Made by a program: the position numbers and the translations under genes | Part shown: positions 1 through 10,600 of the stretch, piece by piece | Layout: every line of letters begins with the position of its first letter | Position numbering within the stretch: the first letter of the stretch is position 1 | The notes under the pieces: generated by a model | Seen by the model: only the letters and a program-made list of their open reading frames with translations | Told to the model about the DNA's origin: nothing | The model's database searches: none | Assembly (NCBI GenBank): GCA_965203295.1 | Contig: CBDBCZ010000014.1 | Location: 640,001-704,000, forward strand | Source: Nitrospirales bacterium | GTDB taxonomy: Bacteria; Nitrospirota; Nitrospiria; Nitrospirales; UBA8639 | Direction of reading: 5' to 3' | DNA: 64,000 bases

Positions 1-462
1 GAACAGGGAGGTATAGGTATTATCAAATAATTTGTAGCAAGACCTGACAGTTCCCAATTTATACCCCATGCACCTAGCAGTTTCACGAGTTCACATGAAA
101 CAGTAATTGATTGTAGGTATCTATCAATGGATGCATGTAAAGAACTTTGAGATTATACTTCTGTAAAATGGAAGCGGCAACATACAAGAAAGATTATAGA
201 CGTCTGTTAACATTAAGGATTCTGAAGCATCTTGAAGAGGAGTACATATATCGTTATACCACATTACATCACATCCAAGGTGTTTGATTGGAGCAGAAGA
301 GGAGTATAAAGGGTCATATACTACGTACATTTATGTTTTCATCTTTTAATATACTGCTTTCATGCAGTTTTTATGTATTATGACATCGTAAATAACTGCT
401 GCCTCTGGGAATGCTAGCCCAGCGTTTCTAGGTACCTACTCCACCCGATTGGTCAAATGTTG

Positions 463-777
463 TATAAGCCGGATATACCACGCCTAGGCAAGAAGCGATT
501 GGCCGCCTGTGTATATGTATAGGATATACTCGAAGTATAAACGCGATTACTCCGCTAGGCTGTTTACCCTCGGCTATCGCCTCGGGTAAACCGTCTAGCG
601 GAGTATATGTATAGGATATACCGCGTCAACGAGGAGTATAAACGCAGATAAACTCCGTTAGACAGTTTATCCGAGGCGTAGCCGAGGGTAAACCGTCTAG
701 CGGAGTTTATCGCGTTTATACTCCGATTAGGCGTGGTATATCCGGCTTATATCACAGGCGGCCAATCGCTTCTTGCC
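463..777. repeat. Cluster of inverted repeats and hairpins, probably transposon termini (possibly Crypton-associated)
   Basis: 463-486 pairs with 728-751; 487-511 pairs with 753-777; internal CCCTCGGCTATCGCCTCGG / CCGAGGCGTAGCCGAGGG hairpin motifs. Confidence 0.7.
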
Positions 778-947
778 GTTTGTCATCGCCATAGTTACCA
801 TTCAGTAGTATTCATTTATTACGTAAACAAAAAACACGTCAACGAACATGAAAACACGCATGGAAAACATGAAAACAAAATAGTAGTATAAACACCTTTA
901 TACTCCTCTCTGTAGCCAATGAATTTCTCCAAAAGTGATGTAATGTG

Positions 948-1163
948 TGTTTGGAACTGTCATAGACTGCTAACTTTGTTTTGTTTACTCGCACCCTGTT
1001 GCTCTCATTGAACTTTGTCATCATTACGAGTTTTTTTCTCTGTAATGTTTTTTCGCTTATTTGGAAAAAAATGAGATTTTCTGGAGAGACTCTAGAGTGA
1101 AGTAATTTAGCATGAGTAGCTAGGCAGTTTGTATCTAGTAGCATCCGGGAGAGGAACCCAACA
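948..1163 (+). repeat. 5' LTR
   Basis: Direct repeat of 6849-7064. Confidence 0.96.
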
Positions 1164-1168
1164 TTTTT

Positions 1169-1186
1169 TGGTCCTTCGAGCCGGAT
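1169..1186 (+). promoter_or_regulatory. Primer-binding site complementary to the tRNA-Tyr 3' end
   Basis: TGGTCCTTCGAGCCGGAT, 5 nt after the 5' LTR; reverse complement of ...AUCCGGCUCGAAGGACCA. Confidence 0.88.
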
Positions 1187-1297
1187 ACTGTTGGAAACAG
1201 TCTCATGTTGCCCTGGTTCTTCTCTCCAAGCCGTGGACTTCGTTTTGTCGTTGTTTGACTGACCACGTGCTCCGAACTTTTATCGTCGCCTGCCGAC

Positions 1298-4200
1298 ATG
1301 TCTGAAGCTACTCAACGCTCTCTCTCTTCTAATCGGAAGAAAAGAGGTGTAGTTCGCGCCTCAATCACAAAGCTTGGTTCCCGAGTCACTGAACTCGAGG
1401 CAGCTACCAGCCTGCCTGGTACTGTTGACCGCGCGCGCCGCCTGACTACGCGCCTGGAGTCTCTGGCCGAAGAATTCAAGCTTCACCACTACTCCGTCAT
1501 TGATCTGCTTGATGGGGAAGAAGACCTTGCAAGAGAGCAAGAAATCTTCGATGAACAGGACGAAGATGTCTCTCAGCTCGCTCTCCGCCTTGAAGGGGTC
1601 ATCTCCACGTGTCCCGCTTCGGACCCTAGCCAATGCAAAATAGCCACCGGACGCCTCAAACATTTGGAAAAGCGTCTCTCATCAATTTTCAGCAGTGTCA
1701 CTTCGTTCCCTGCGGACGGTGATGTCTGTCTCCTTCAGCAGTTTGAGGAACAACTGTCAGATTTCAAGACGGAATTCTCTGACATTCATCGCGGCCTTAT
1801 CTCACTCGATGTTGACGACACCAGTGAACTTGGAGGATTACTGGCTCATGTCGAGAAGGCCATATTCGATCGTGGGCTTGAGATTCGAAGGCTCCTTCAC
1901 TCTCGCTCCTCTTCCTCCTCTCCCTCTTCAGTGTCTGACCCAACTGGCGTCAAGCTTCCAAAACTTGATGTCCCTACGTTTGACGGTAGTATTTTGAATT
2001 GGAAGACCTTTTGGGAGCAGTTTAGTGTCGCAGTACACGATAGGTCCAACCTCACTGATGCTGAGAAGTTGGCGTATCTTCGTCATGCCCTCAAGGCTGG
2101 CTCAGCCAAGTCTGTGATCGAAGGTCTCTCCCGATCAGGTGAGCAATATGAAGAAGCCATCACCTGTTTAAAGTCACGGTATGATCGTCCCCGCCTCATA
2201 CATCAGGCGCATGTACGAAAGATTCTGGAGATCCCCAATCTTAAGGATGGCAGTGGAAGGGAGCTACGTCGTCTCCATGACACCGCTCTGCAGCATCTCC
2301 GGGCTCTCAAATCCATGGGTCATGAACCCTCGGGGCCCTTCATCACGTCCATGCTTGAGCTGAAGCTGGATGTCAACACGACATTCGAATGGCAACGTCA
2401 CAGTCAGTCCTCTACGGATGTTCCTCACTACAAGCTACTTCTCGAATTCATCAACCTTCGTGCACAGGCCTCGGAAGCCGCCATATCTGACCCTACAAAG
2501 AAGCCATTCAAGAGTGACCCACTCCCTGCTAAGAGAAATTACAGGTCTGTTGCTTCGTTTGTTGCGAGCGCCAATTCATCCCCAGGCAGCTGTGTTGCTT
2601 GCAAATCCGAAAACCACCCACTGTATGTTTGCTCGCGATTCAAAGCTCTGAGTCATGCTGAGAAACTGTCCGTGTTGAGGACGAACAGCTTGTGCCTCAA
2701 CTGTCTACGACCTGGTCATTTTGTCAGCAGCTGCAAGTCTTTGCATAAGTGTCGAGTGTGTCAGAAGCCCCACCATACTCTTCTTCACCTTGGAGAAAGG
2801 GGCAGCATACCCGGTCCACTCACTACAGCTGCAGCGTCTGAAGTCTCGGTCTCCACTGCCTCTTCACTTCCGACTAACACCGTCCCAGCCTCAACTCCAA
2901 TCGCAACCAACGCTGCGGTGGGAATCAAATCTAATTTGCTGCTCATGACTTGCCGTGTCCTGGTGGAATCAGGTGACGGATCCTTGATGGAAGCAAGAGC
3001 AATCCTTGATTCTGGCTCATCTGCCTCATTTGTCTCGGAGCGTCTGACTCAGTGTCTTCGCCTTCCTCGTTTCAGCCAGAACACTCGGATTACAGGAGTC
3101 GCTGGGTTTGTTTGCAACTCTGCCCAACATGTCACAACATTCCAAGTCTCGTCAGTGCACCATCCGACCAAGAAGTTTGACGTCACTGCTGTCGTAGTCC
3201 CTCATGTGACCAGTGACTTGCCCCTCCAGCCCGTTCCCATTGATCTGAAGTGGGATCACCTCTCCGACCTACAGCTGGCCGACCCCCACTTTGGACAGCC
3301 TGGGAGGATTGATCTTCTGCTCGGCGTAGAGATTTTTGTAGAGGTGATGCTTCATGGCCGGCGGTGCGGCATTCCAGGCTCGCCTGTTGCCTTCGAGACC
3401 CAGTTCGGCTGGGTTCTGGCGGGAAGCACTGGCGTTAGTGCCCTGACTCAGGTGGCCACAACTCATCATGCCACACTCCTCACTGGAGATGATCTCCTAC
3501 GTAGCTTCTGGGAAGTTGAAAGGATCCCAGCCAAGGAATGTCTCACACCCGACGAATCCGCAGCGGTGACTCACTTCGAGAAACGTCACACCCGCCTGGA
3601 GAATGGCAGATTCTTGGTACCCTTGCCCAAGAAGGCTGAAAGGAAACCTCTGGGAGAATCCCGCTCCCAAGCTGTCCGCAGGTTTCTCGCGTTTGAGCGT
3701 TCTCTCCATTCCAGGGGTCTCTTCCCGGAGTTCAAGGCTGTGATCGAAGAGTACTTCACCATGGACCATGCGGAACCAGTTCCCGCGGTCGACCTGGAAA
3801 AGCCTCCGCAGTCTGTTTTCTACTTGCCAATGCATGCCGTGCGGAAACAGTCAAGCACCACAACCAAGGTACGAGCAGTTTTTGACGCATCAGCGAAGAC
3901 GTCTACTGGAATCTCTCTGAATGACACCCTGCTAGTCGGTCCCACTGTGCATTCATCCTTAGTGGACGTTCTACTCCGTTTTCGGCTCCATCGAGTTGCC
4001 CTGATTGCAGACGTTAGCAAGATGTATCGTGCCATCGCTCTCACACCTTCTGACCGAGATCTTCATCGTTTCGTTTGGAGAGATTCTCCTGACGTTCCTC
4101 TCAAGGATTGCCGGATGACTCGTGTCACGTTTGGAGTATCAGCATCATCTTTTATAGCGAACATGTCCGTCCGACAGAATGCCCTGGATCATGCCCTCGC

Positions 4201-6823
4201 CTACCCTCTCGCGGCCAAGGCCGTAGAAGAATCCTTCTATGTGGATGATGGCCTCACGGGAGCTGACTCAATTGAGGAAGCCATTGAGCTGCATGTTCAA
4301 CTACAGACACTCTTTGACAAGGGTGGATTCCTGCTGCGCAAGTGGAACTCCAGTGAGTATGCTGTCCTTCAACATATTGCGCACGAACTTCGTGATCAAC
4401 AGTCTATCCGTACCATATCGGAACCTGATGAATACACCAAGACCTTGGGAGTCGAGTGGAACGCGAATCTTGACCACTTTCGCCTGACTGTTGCAGAGCT
4501 CTCTCCTCAAGACAAATGGACCAAGCGCGCTCTTTCATCAGACATCGCGAAGACGTTTGATGTCCTTGGTTGGTTTGCTCCTGTCGTCATCAAGGCAAAG
4601 ATTCTTCTCCAGCGACTCTGGGAGGAAGGACTGGGATGGGATGACGCTGTGCCGCCCGCACTGGAGCAAGCCTGGCTAGAGTGGAGGCAAGAGCTTCGTC
4701 TGCTCGTGGACAAGCACATTCCCCGTTGTTACTACCCCAAGTCTGTGAAGATTGGTTACCGACAGCTCCACGGTTTCTCTGATGCATCCGAAGAAGCATA
4801 TGCCGGTGTGGTCTATTTTCGTTTCGTGGACACCACCGGATGTGTCCACACCTCTCTTGTCATGGCGAAAACTAAAGTGGCTCCCATCAAGAGACTTTCC
4901 ATTCCTCGACTGGAACTCTGTGGGGCATTTCTTCTCGCACAGTTGCTCAATCACTGCCAGACCGTCTTTAATCTTTCGACCGAAGACATCTTTGCATGGA
5001 CGGACAGCACTATTGTCCTCAGTTGGTTGGTCGGTAACCCCCGCCGATTCAAGACATTTGTTGGCAACAGAGTGTCGCTCATCTCCGATCTGGTTGCTCC
5101 CAGTCGCTGGAGTCACGTGGAGGGATTGGACAATCCAGCAGATTGTGCTTCCCGTGGTTTACTTCCATCTGAGCTCTTGTCTCATGCCTTATGGTGGAAT
5201 GGACCCAAGTGGCTTCAACTGGGAATTCACTGTTGGCCCAAGCCAGCCACTTTCAAGCCAAACGACCCTCCCGAGGAAGTCAACGAGATCTACTCACATG
5301 CTGCTGTTGTTCACACCAAGCCTGTTTTTCCATTGGATAGATTCTCGAGTTTCACCCGCCTCAAGAGAGTCACTGCCTGGATGCTGCGCTTCATTTTCAA
5401 CTGCCAGTCTCGTCGGGAGAAGTTAGCTCGAATGTCCGGTCCTCTCGCTGTGAGTGAACTGAACAAGGCTGTCACGTACTGGGTATCCTTGTCCCAGTCT
5501 GCTCACTTTGCGTCTGAAATTGTAGCTGTCAGGACACGCAATTCTCTTCCGAAAGCGAGTCCGTTACTTTCTTTGAACCCCTTCTTGGATGAAGCTGGTC
5601 TCCTCCGGGTTGGCGGCCGACAACAGAACTCGAATCTGATGTACGACAGACAGCATCCCATCATCCTACACTGGAAACACCCGATGAGCAAATTACTCAT
5701 CCGTACCGAGCATCTACGTCTCCTTCATGCTGGGCCTCTGCTTGTTGCAGCATCTCTTGGACGCCGCTTCTACATTGTGGGAGGACGTAAATCTATTCGC
5801 TCTACTACTCGTAGTTGTGTCATCTGCCGCCGCAAGTCTCTACGACCCCAACCTCCTATTATGGGCCAACTCCCTGCAGAACGAGTCACTCCTGATCTGG
5901 TCTTCAATCGTGTTGGAGTGGACTACGCAGGTCCAATCTACGTCAAGTACGGCTATGTCAGGAAACCCACGTTGGTCAAGGCGTATGTATGTGTGTTTGT
6001 TTCCCTCTCGGTGAAGGCTGTACATCTCGAGCTGGTGTCGGACTTGACAACAGAAGCCTTCGTAGCCTGCCTCCGTCGTTTCATTGCCCGACGAGGGAAA
6101 CCTTCTCTTGTCTGGAGCGACCATGGGTCCAACTTTGTGGGCGCTTCGAGACACCTCAAGGAACTTACGGAGTTTCTCCAACAACAGCAATCCCAAGAAG
6201 CTATTTCCAATTTCTGCTCTTCCCAGAATATTGTCTGGAAATTCATCCCAGAGAGAGCACCTCATTTTGGAGGTCTGTGGGAGGCTGCAGTGAAGAGCTT
6301 CAAGAAGCATCTCTCCCGTGTTGTGGGCGAAGTCAAGCTCACCTTTGAAGAGTTGACTACCGTGTTAGCCCAGATAGAGGCTTGTCTAAACAGTCGACCC
6401 TTGACTGCTTTACCCTGTGTCGAAGACAGCGAAGTTGCTGCACTCACCCCTGGACACTTTTTGATCGGCCGACCACTAGAGGCACTTCCAGACCCAGTCG
6501 ATTCCTTCCAGCCCCTCACCTTGCTGAAGAGATGGCATCTATGTCAAGCTCTAATCAGGCACTTTTGGAAGCGTTGGTCCACCGAATACCTTGCCAGTCT
6601 CCAAAAGGCAAACAAGTGGCGTACGTCAGCATCCTCCAAGATCTCAGTTGGAGATGTCGTTGTTATCCGCGAGGATGAGACCATCCCGGGACAATGGCCT
6701 CTGGCGAGGGTCATTCAGACGCATCCTGGGAAAGACGGAGTAATTCGAGTGGTGACTATAAGGACTGGCCGTGGCAACGTTTACACTAGGCCTGTTGTGA
6801 AAACTACTCTACTATTACCGTGA
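1298..6823 (+). CDS. BEL/Pao gag-pol polyprotein, 1841 aa, uninterrupted
   Basis: Gag motif KLPKLDVPTFDG..FWEQF; Cys/His knuckles (CVACKSENHPLYVC, CLNCLRPGHFVSSC, CRVCQKPHH); protease LDSGS; RT YVDD; RNase H FSDAS; integrase HHCC plus VDYAG/SDHGSNF/WE. Domain order PR-RT-RH-IN. Confidence 0.96.
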   Translation: MSEATQRSLSSNRKKRGVVRASITKLGSRVTELEAATSLPGTVDRARRLTTRLESLAEEFKLHHYSVIDLLDGEEDLAREQEIFDEQDEDVSQLALRLEGVISTCPASDPSQCKIATGRLKHLEKRLSSIFSSVTSFPADGDVCLLQQFEEQLSDFKTEFSDIHRGLISLDVDDTSELGGLLAHVEKAIFDRGLEIRRLLHSRSSSSSPSSVSDPTGVKLPKLDVPTFDGSILNWKTFWEQFSVAVHDRSNLTDAEKLAYLRHALKAGSAKSVIEGLSRSGEQYEEAITCLKSRYDRPRLIHQAHVRKILEIPNLKDGSGRELRRLHDTALQHLRALKSMGHEPSGPFITSMLELKLDVNTTFEWQRHSQSSTDVPHYKLLLEFINLRAQASEAAISDPTKKPFKSDPLPAKRNYRSVASFVASANSSPGSCVACKSENHPLYVCSRFKALSHAEKLSVLRTNSLCLNCLRPGHFVSSCKSLHKCRVCQKPHHTLLHLGERGSIPGPLTTAAASEVSVSTASSLPTNTVPASTPIATNAAVGIKSNLLLMTCRVLVESGDGSLMEARAILDSGSSASFVSERLTQCLRLPRFSQNTRITGVAGFVCNSAQHVTTFQVSSVHHPTKKFDVTAVVVPHVTSDLPLQPVPIDLKWDHLSDLQLADPHFGQPGRIDLLLGVEIFVEVMLHGRRCGIPGSPVAFETQFGWVLAGSTGVSALTQVATTHHATLLTGDDLLRSFWEVERIPAKECLTPDESAAVTHFEKRHTRLENGRFLVPLPKKAERKPLGESRSQAVRRFLAFERSLHSRGLFPEFKAVIEEYFTMDHAEPVPAVDLEKPPQSVFYLPMHAVRKQSSTTTKVRAVFDASAKTSTGISLNDTLLVGPTVHSSLVDVLLRFRLHRVALIADVSKMYRAIALTPSDRDLHRFVWRDSPDVPLKDCRMTRVTFGVSASSFIANMSVRQNALDHALAYPLAAKAVEESFYVDDGLTGADSIEEAIELHVQLQTLFDKGGFLLRKWNSSEYAVLQHIAHELRDQQSIRTISEPDEYTKTLGVEWNANLDHFRLTVAELSPQDKWTKRALSSDIAKTFDVLGWFAPVVIKAKILLQRLWEEGLGWDDAVPPALEQAWLEWRQELRLLVDKHIPRCYYPKSVKIGYRQLHGFSDASEEAYAGVVYFRFVDTTGCVHTSLVMAKTKVAPIKRLSIPRLELCGAFLLAQLLNHCQTVFNLSTEDIFAWTDSTIVLSWLVGNPRRFKTFVGNRVSLISDLVAPSRWSHVEGLDNPADCASRGLLPSELLSHALWWNGPKWLQLGIHCWPKPATFKPNDPPEEVNEIYSHAAVVHTKPVFPLDRFSSFTRLKRVTAWMLRFIFNCQSRREKLARMSGPLAVSELNKAVTYWVSLSQSAHFASEIVAVRTRNSLPKASPLLSLNPFLDEAGLLRVGGRQQNSNLMYDRQHPIILHWKHPMSKLLIRTEHLRLLHAGPLLVAASLGRRFYIVGGRKSIRSTTRSCVICRRKSLRPQPPIMGQLPAERVTPDLVFNRVGVDYAGPIYVKYGYVRKPTLVKAYVCVFVSLSVKAVHLELVSDLTTEAFVACLRRFIARRGKPSLVWSDHGSNFVGASRHLKELTEFLQQQQSQEAISNFCSSQNIVWKFIPERAPHFGGLWEAAVKSFKKHLSRVVGEVKLTFEELTTVLAQIEACLNSRPLTALPCVEDSEVAALTPGHFLIGRPLEALPDPVDSFQPLTLLKRWHLCQALIRHFWKRWSTEYLASLQKANKWRTSASSKISVGDVVVIREDETIPGQWPLARVIQTHPGKDGVIRVVTIRTGRGNVYTRPVVKTTLLLP

Positions 6824-6848
6824 AGACTGCAAGTCTTGGCCGGCGGTA

Positions 6849-7064
6849 TGTTTGGAACTGTCATAGACTGCTAACTTTGTTTTGTTTACTCGCACCCTGT
6901 TGCTCTCATTGAACTTTGTCATCATTACGAGTTTTTTTCTCTGTAATGTTTTTTCGCTTATTTGGAAAAAAATGAGATTTTCTGGAGAGACTCTAGAGTG
7001 AAGTAATTTAGCATGAGTAGCTAGGCAGTTTGTATCTAGTAGCATCCGGGAGAGGAACCCAACA
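6849..7064 (+). repeat. 3' LTR
   Basis: Direct repeat of 948-1163, preceded by GGCCGGCGGTA at the polypurine-tract position. Confidence 0.96.
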
Positions 7065-7074
7065 ATGTGATATA

Positions 7075-7630
7075 CCATAAACTCTGGAGTACAAGTACAG
7101 GTACTTCTATTTGAAGATTGCGCATTTTCGTGGTACAGATTATGTGGGGTACTTATAATCATGGGGTACTTTTCAACGAGGTTAAATATATGGTAGTGCA
7201 ACAGTATGCACATTACACCTTGTAGTTTTGGTTTTAACAGTCACTTTTGTGTTTTCTTGACTTCACTGTACCTCTGTGATTGTCATACCAATGGTCTTAC
7301 ATGTGAGCGGTCTTTCTTTGCACTGAAGTGTATACTTGCGAGGCAGTTCTATGCCCCCCCCCCCCCCCCCCCCCCACCAACAGCCCATATGCCTTCTGAT
7401 GCAGACCTAGGTGGACCCAATACCGTCCTCACTATTCATGCTTAACTAGTTACACATGCACGGTTTATGCATCCCAGTTTACTTAGTAGTCTGATGGGTA
7501 CTTACATTCATTGGGTACTTTTATTTGCATGGGTACTACTATTCAAGAAGTGGATAGCAACTGGGTTCATGGGTACTTATATTCATAGGGTACTTGTATT
7601 TGATGGGTACTTATACTCCAGAGTTTATGG
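7075..7630. mobile_element. Tc1/mariner-pogo-type MITE (second copy 58622-59176)
   Basis: TIR CCATAAACTCTGGAGTA(C/T)AAGTAC, TA flanks on both sides, internal ATGGGTACTT repeats. Confidence 0.75.
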
Positions 7631-7677
7631 TAACTGCGTTTACACTCCTCGTAGACGTGGTATATCCTATACTTATA

Positions 7678-10600
7678 AGGCTAAACAAACTTTCATCACA
7701 GCCTCTAGCTACCAGGGGGAATAGAGAGGAACCAAATTCCCAATTTTATTTCCACCTCTAATTAATTGTACACATTACTTTTCTTGTCTTTGCCTTTAGT
7801 GATTGCTGTGGAGCAGCCACAGCCCACTTTGAGATAGCACTTCAATAGTCGTGACAAATGGTTTTATTCCAAATTTAATGTGTCGGTTTTAATACATCAT
7901 GTTGGCCATAGGTTTTGTAACCTGGTAACACAAAGACAAGTTAGGTATTCCTAGCTAATTGAAAATCTGTCTCTTTACTGCAAAAATACCGACAGCACAG
8001 CCTCTAACTACCGGAGAGAATGGAGAGGAATCAGCTTCCAATTTAATATCCCACTCTAATTAATGGCACACATTACTTTTTTGTGTTTGCACAATGTAAC
8101 TGTAGAGATTGCACTCATGTTAACACAATGATTCTTTAGGGAAAGTAGACTGGACAAACTGTAAGAACAAGCAAGTTATACAGTAAACAATCGCAGTAAG
8201 CTGTTTCAGAAGGAACCGCATAAGGTACAATACCCTGACAGCCCGCTTTGAAATCACACAAAGTCAGGCAAGGTATTCCTAGCTAATTGGGAATCTGTTT
8301 CTTTATTGCAAAGATACCAACAGCACAGCTTCTAGCTACCAGAGAGAATGGAGAGGAACCAGCTTCCCAATTTCATCCCCCACTCTAATAAATTGTACAC
8401 ATTACTTTTCTTGTGATTGCAAAATGTTACTTCAGGAATTGCAGGTACGAAACATAGGAAAAATTAGTCACACAGAACACAACTTCAATATAAAACCGTG
8501 GAATGAACCATCTAAAAAGCACTGTAGTAACCGTGCCTTATATTGACAAGAAAAATTATAGACGACTGTCAACATTAACGAGAAGCATCTTGAGGAGGAG
8601 TAGATCGTTATAAGGCTAAACGAACTTTCATTACAGCCTCTAGCTACCTATATGTAGGAGAATGGAGAGGAACCAAATTCCCAATTTCATTTCCAACTCT
8701 AATTAATTGTACACATTACCTTTCTTGTGTTTGCCATTAGTGATTGCTAAAATGCAACATAGGTGGGAGATAATTAGTCACACAGAACACAACTTCAATA
8801 AGCAAAGTGGAATGAGCCATTAATAATCAACAGTTGAAGAAACGTCTAATAAGGAACCGTGTCTTGTACTGATAGCCAACTTTGAGATCAGTGTATTCCT
8901 AGCAGAGAGAATTGGAGCAGTTAGTGCTTCCCAAATAATTGCCTACTCTGGTAAGTGCATACTTTACTCTCCACATGTGAACACAATGATTCTTTAGGGA
9001 AAGAAGACAGGATAAATGTGAAAACAAACCAAATTATATGCAGTACAAAATCGTAATACGCTGCTCTAGATGGAACCGTGTAAGGAACCAAGTCAGGAAC
9101 ACTACCCCTGACAGCCCACTTTGAGATAGCACTTCAATACCTGAAGAAGGGTGGACACCAAAAGCCACAACCTCTCTCTACCAGAGAGAATTGGAGCAGC
9201 TACTGCTTCCTAATTTCATCCCCGCCCTACATCTATTACTTTTCATATGTTCTCACAATGATCTGCTAGAGATATTCGGTACAAACAATAGGTGGTAAAC
9301 AACTAGTAAATTAATACAGTATACAACATCAGCAAGCAACTCTAGAAAGAACCGTGTAAGGATTCGTACCACTAAGAGCCCACTCCGTGAAATATTGTAT
9401 TTGAAGAATTGAAGTAAGGATATTCCTTTGCACAACTAATAGGAAATCAGTCCTGGCATTTTGAAGATGCTAAGAGCCACACTCTCTAGCTACCAGGGAG
9501 AAAAAATAATTGACTGCTTCACAAACACATCCCAGCTCTAATTTAACGTTCATAGTTCTCCTTTAAAAGACAGCAGACAGAACAAAATGTGAAAATAGAC
9601 AAACTATGCAGTACCTAATCGCGGCAAGCAGCTCTAGAAGGAATCATGTAAGCAACCATGTACAGTAAAAAAATGCAGAAAAAAGTGGAATTTCCTGAAA
9701 CGTGTTACAAGGAAATTTGACAGAAAATCTGGTATTTCAGGTACAATTTAAGGTAGTATAGGATAGGGCAGAATTTCATGATTTTAAAGGAAATTCTACC
9801 CTATCCTATACTGTCCTGTACCTAAACTGCCAGATTTCCTGTCAAATTTCCCTGTAACGCATTCCACTTTATTTCTGCATGCGCGCGGCACCCCTGACAG
9901 CCCACGTTGAGATCACACAAAGTCAGGCAAGGTACGCATTCCTAGCTAATTGGGAATCTGTCTCTGTATTCCAGAGATACCAAAAGCCACAGCCTCTAGC
10001 TACCAGAGAGAGAGGAAAAGTAACAGCTTCCCCACTCTAAGTAAGCATATACGTACACACTCCTTATCTCATGCAGTTAATTCAGAGAGTGAGAAACAAT
10101 TATGGTCTATGTAGTTATATCTCTAGAGATTACAACTTCAGTAAGCAACGCATGGTTAAACTCAAATCTTGTAAGAAAATGTCCTACATACTGACAGCCC
10201 CCTTTCACATCGCACTAGAAGAATAATTAAACTAAAGGTGGGAATCCGTCTCTGTACTATATAAATACCAAGAGCCACATTTCTGGGATTATAGTTTACA
10301 CCAGGATAAACAGTCTGAAAATAACCTTGGCTTAGAGGTTGAGTGCTTCTGTATATATGTCTGTTGAACAGGCAACCTTGGTACAATGTCACTGCTTCAT
10401 AGAAATCCCTCTTAGGTTATAATAGCTACCCTCATTATTGGCCAGGAATATGTATAAGAGCAACCGAAAAGTGATTACTAAGAAATAGCGACATTGCACC
10501 TCAGGGTGCCTGCTTGCCGGACATACATCACCCTCTAAGCCTACAGTACAACATTGCTTACTAATGAAAGTCTATAACTATTGTAGCTCACCTATATTTT

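Larger units (their letters stand above)
948..7064 (+). mobile_element. Full-length BEL/Pao LTR retrotransposon
   Basis: 216-bp LTRs (948-1163, 6849-7064; TGTT...AACA) that look identical by eye. 5-bp TSD ATGTG (943-947, 7065-7069). Single gag-pol ORF. Empty site at 58612-58616. Confidence 0.97.

Noticed and set aside
1361..6678. Many short ORFs overlapping the BEL polyprotein
   Set aside because: Alternate-frame or antisense shadows of a long coding region, with no motifs.
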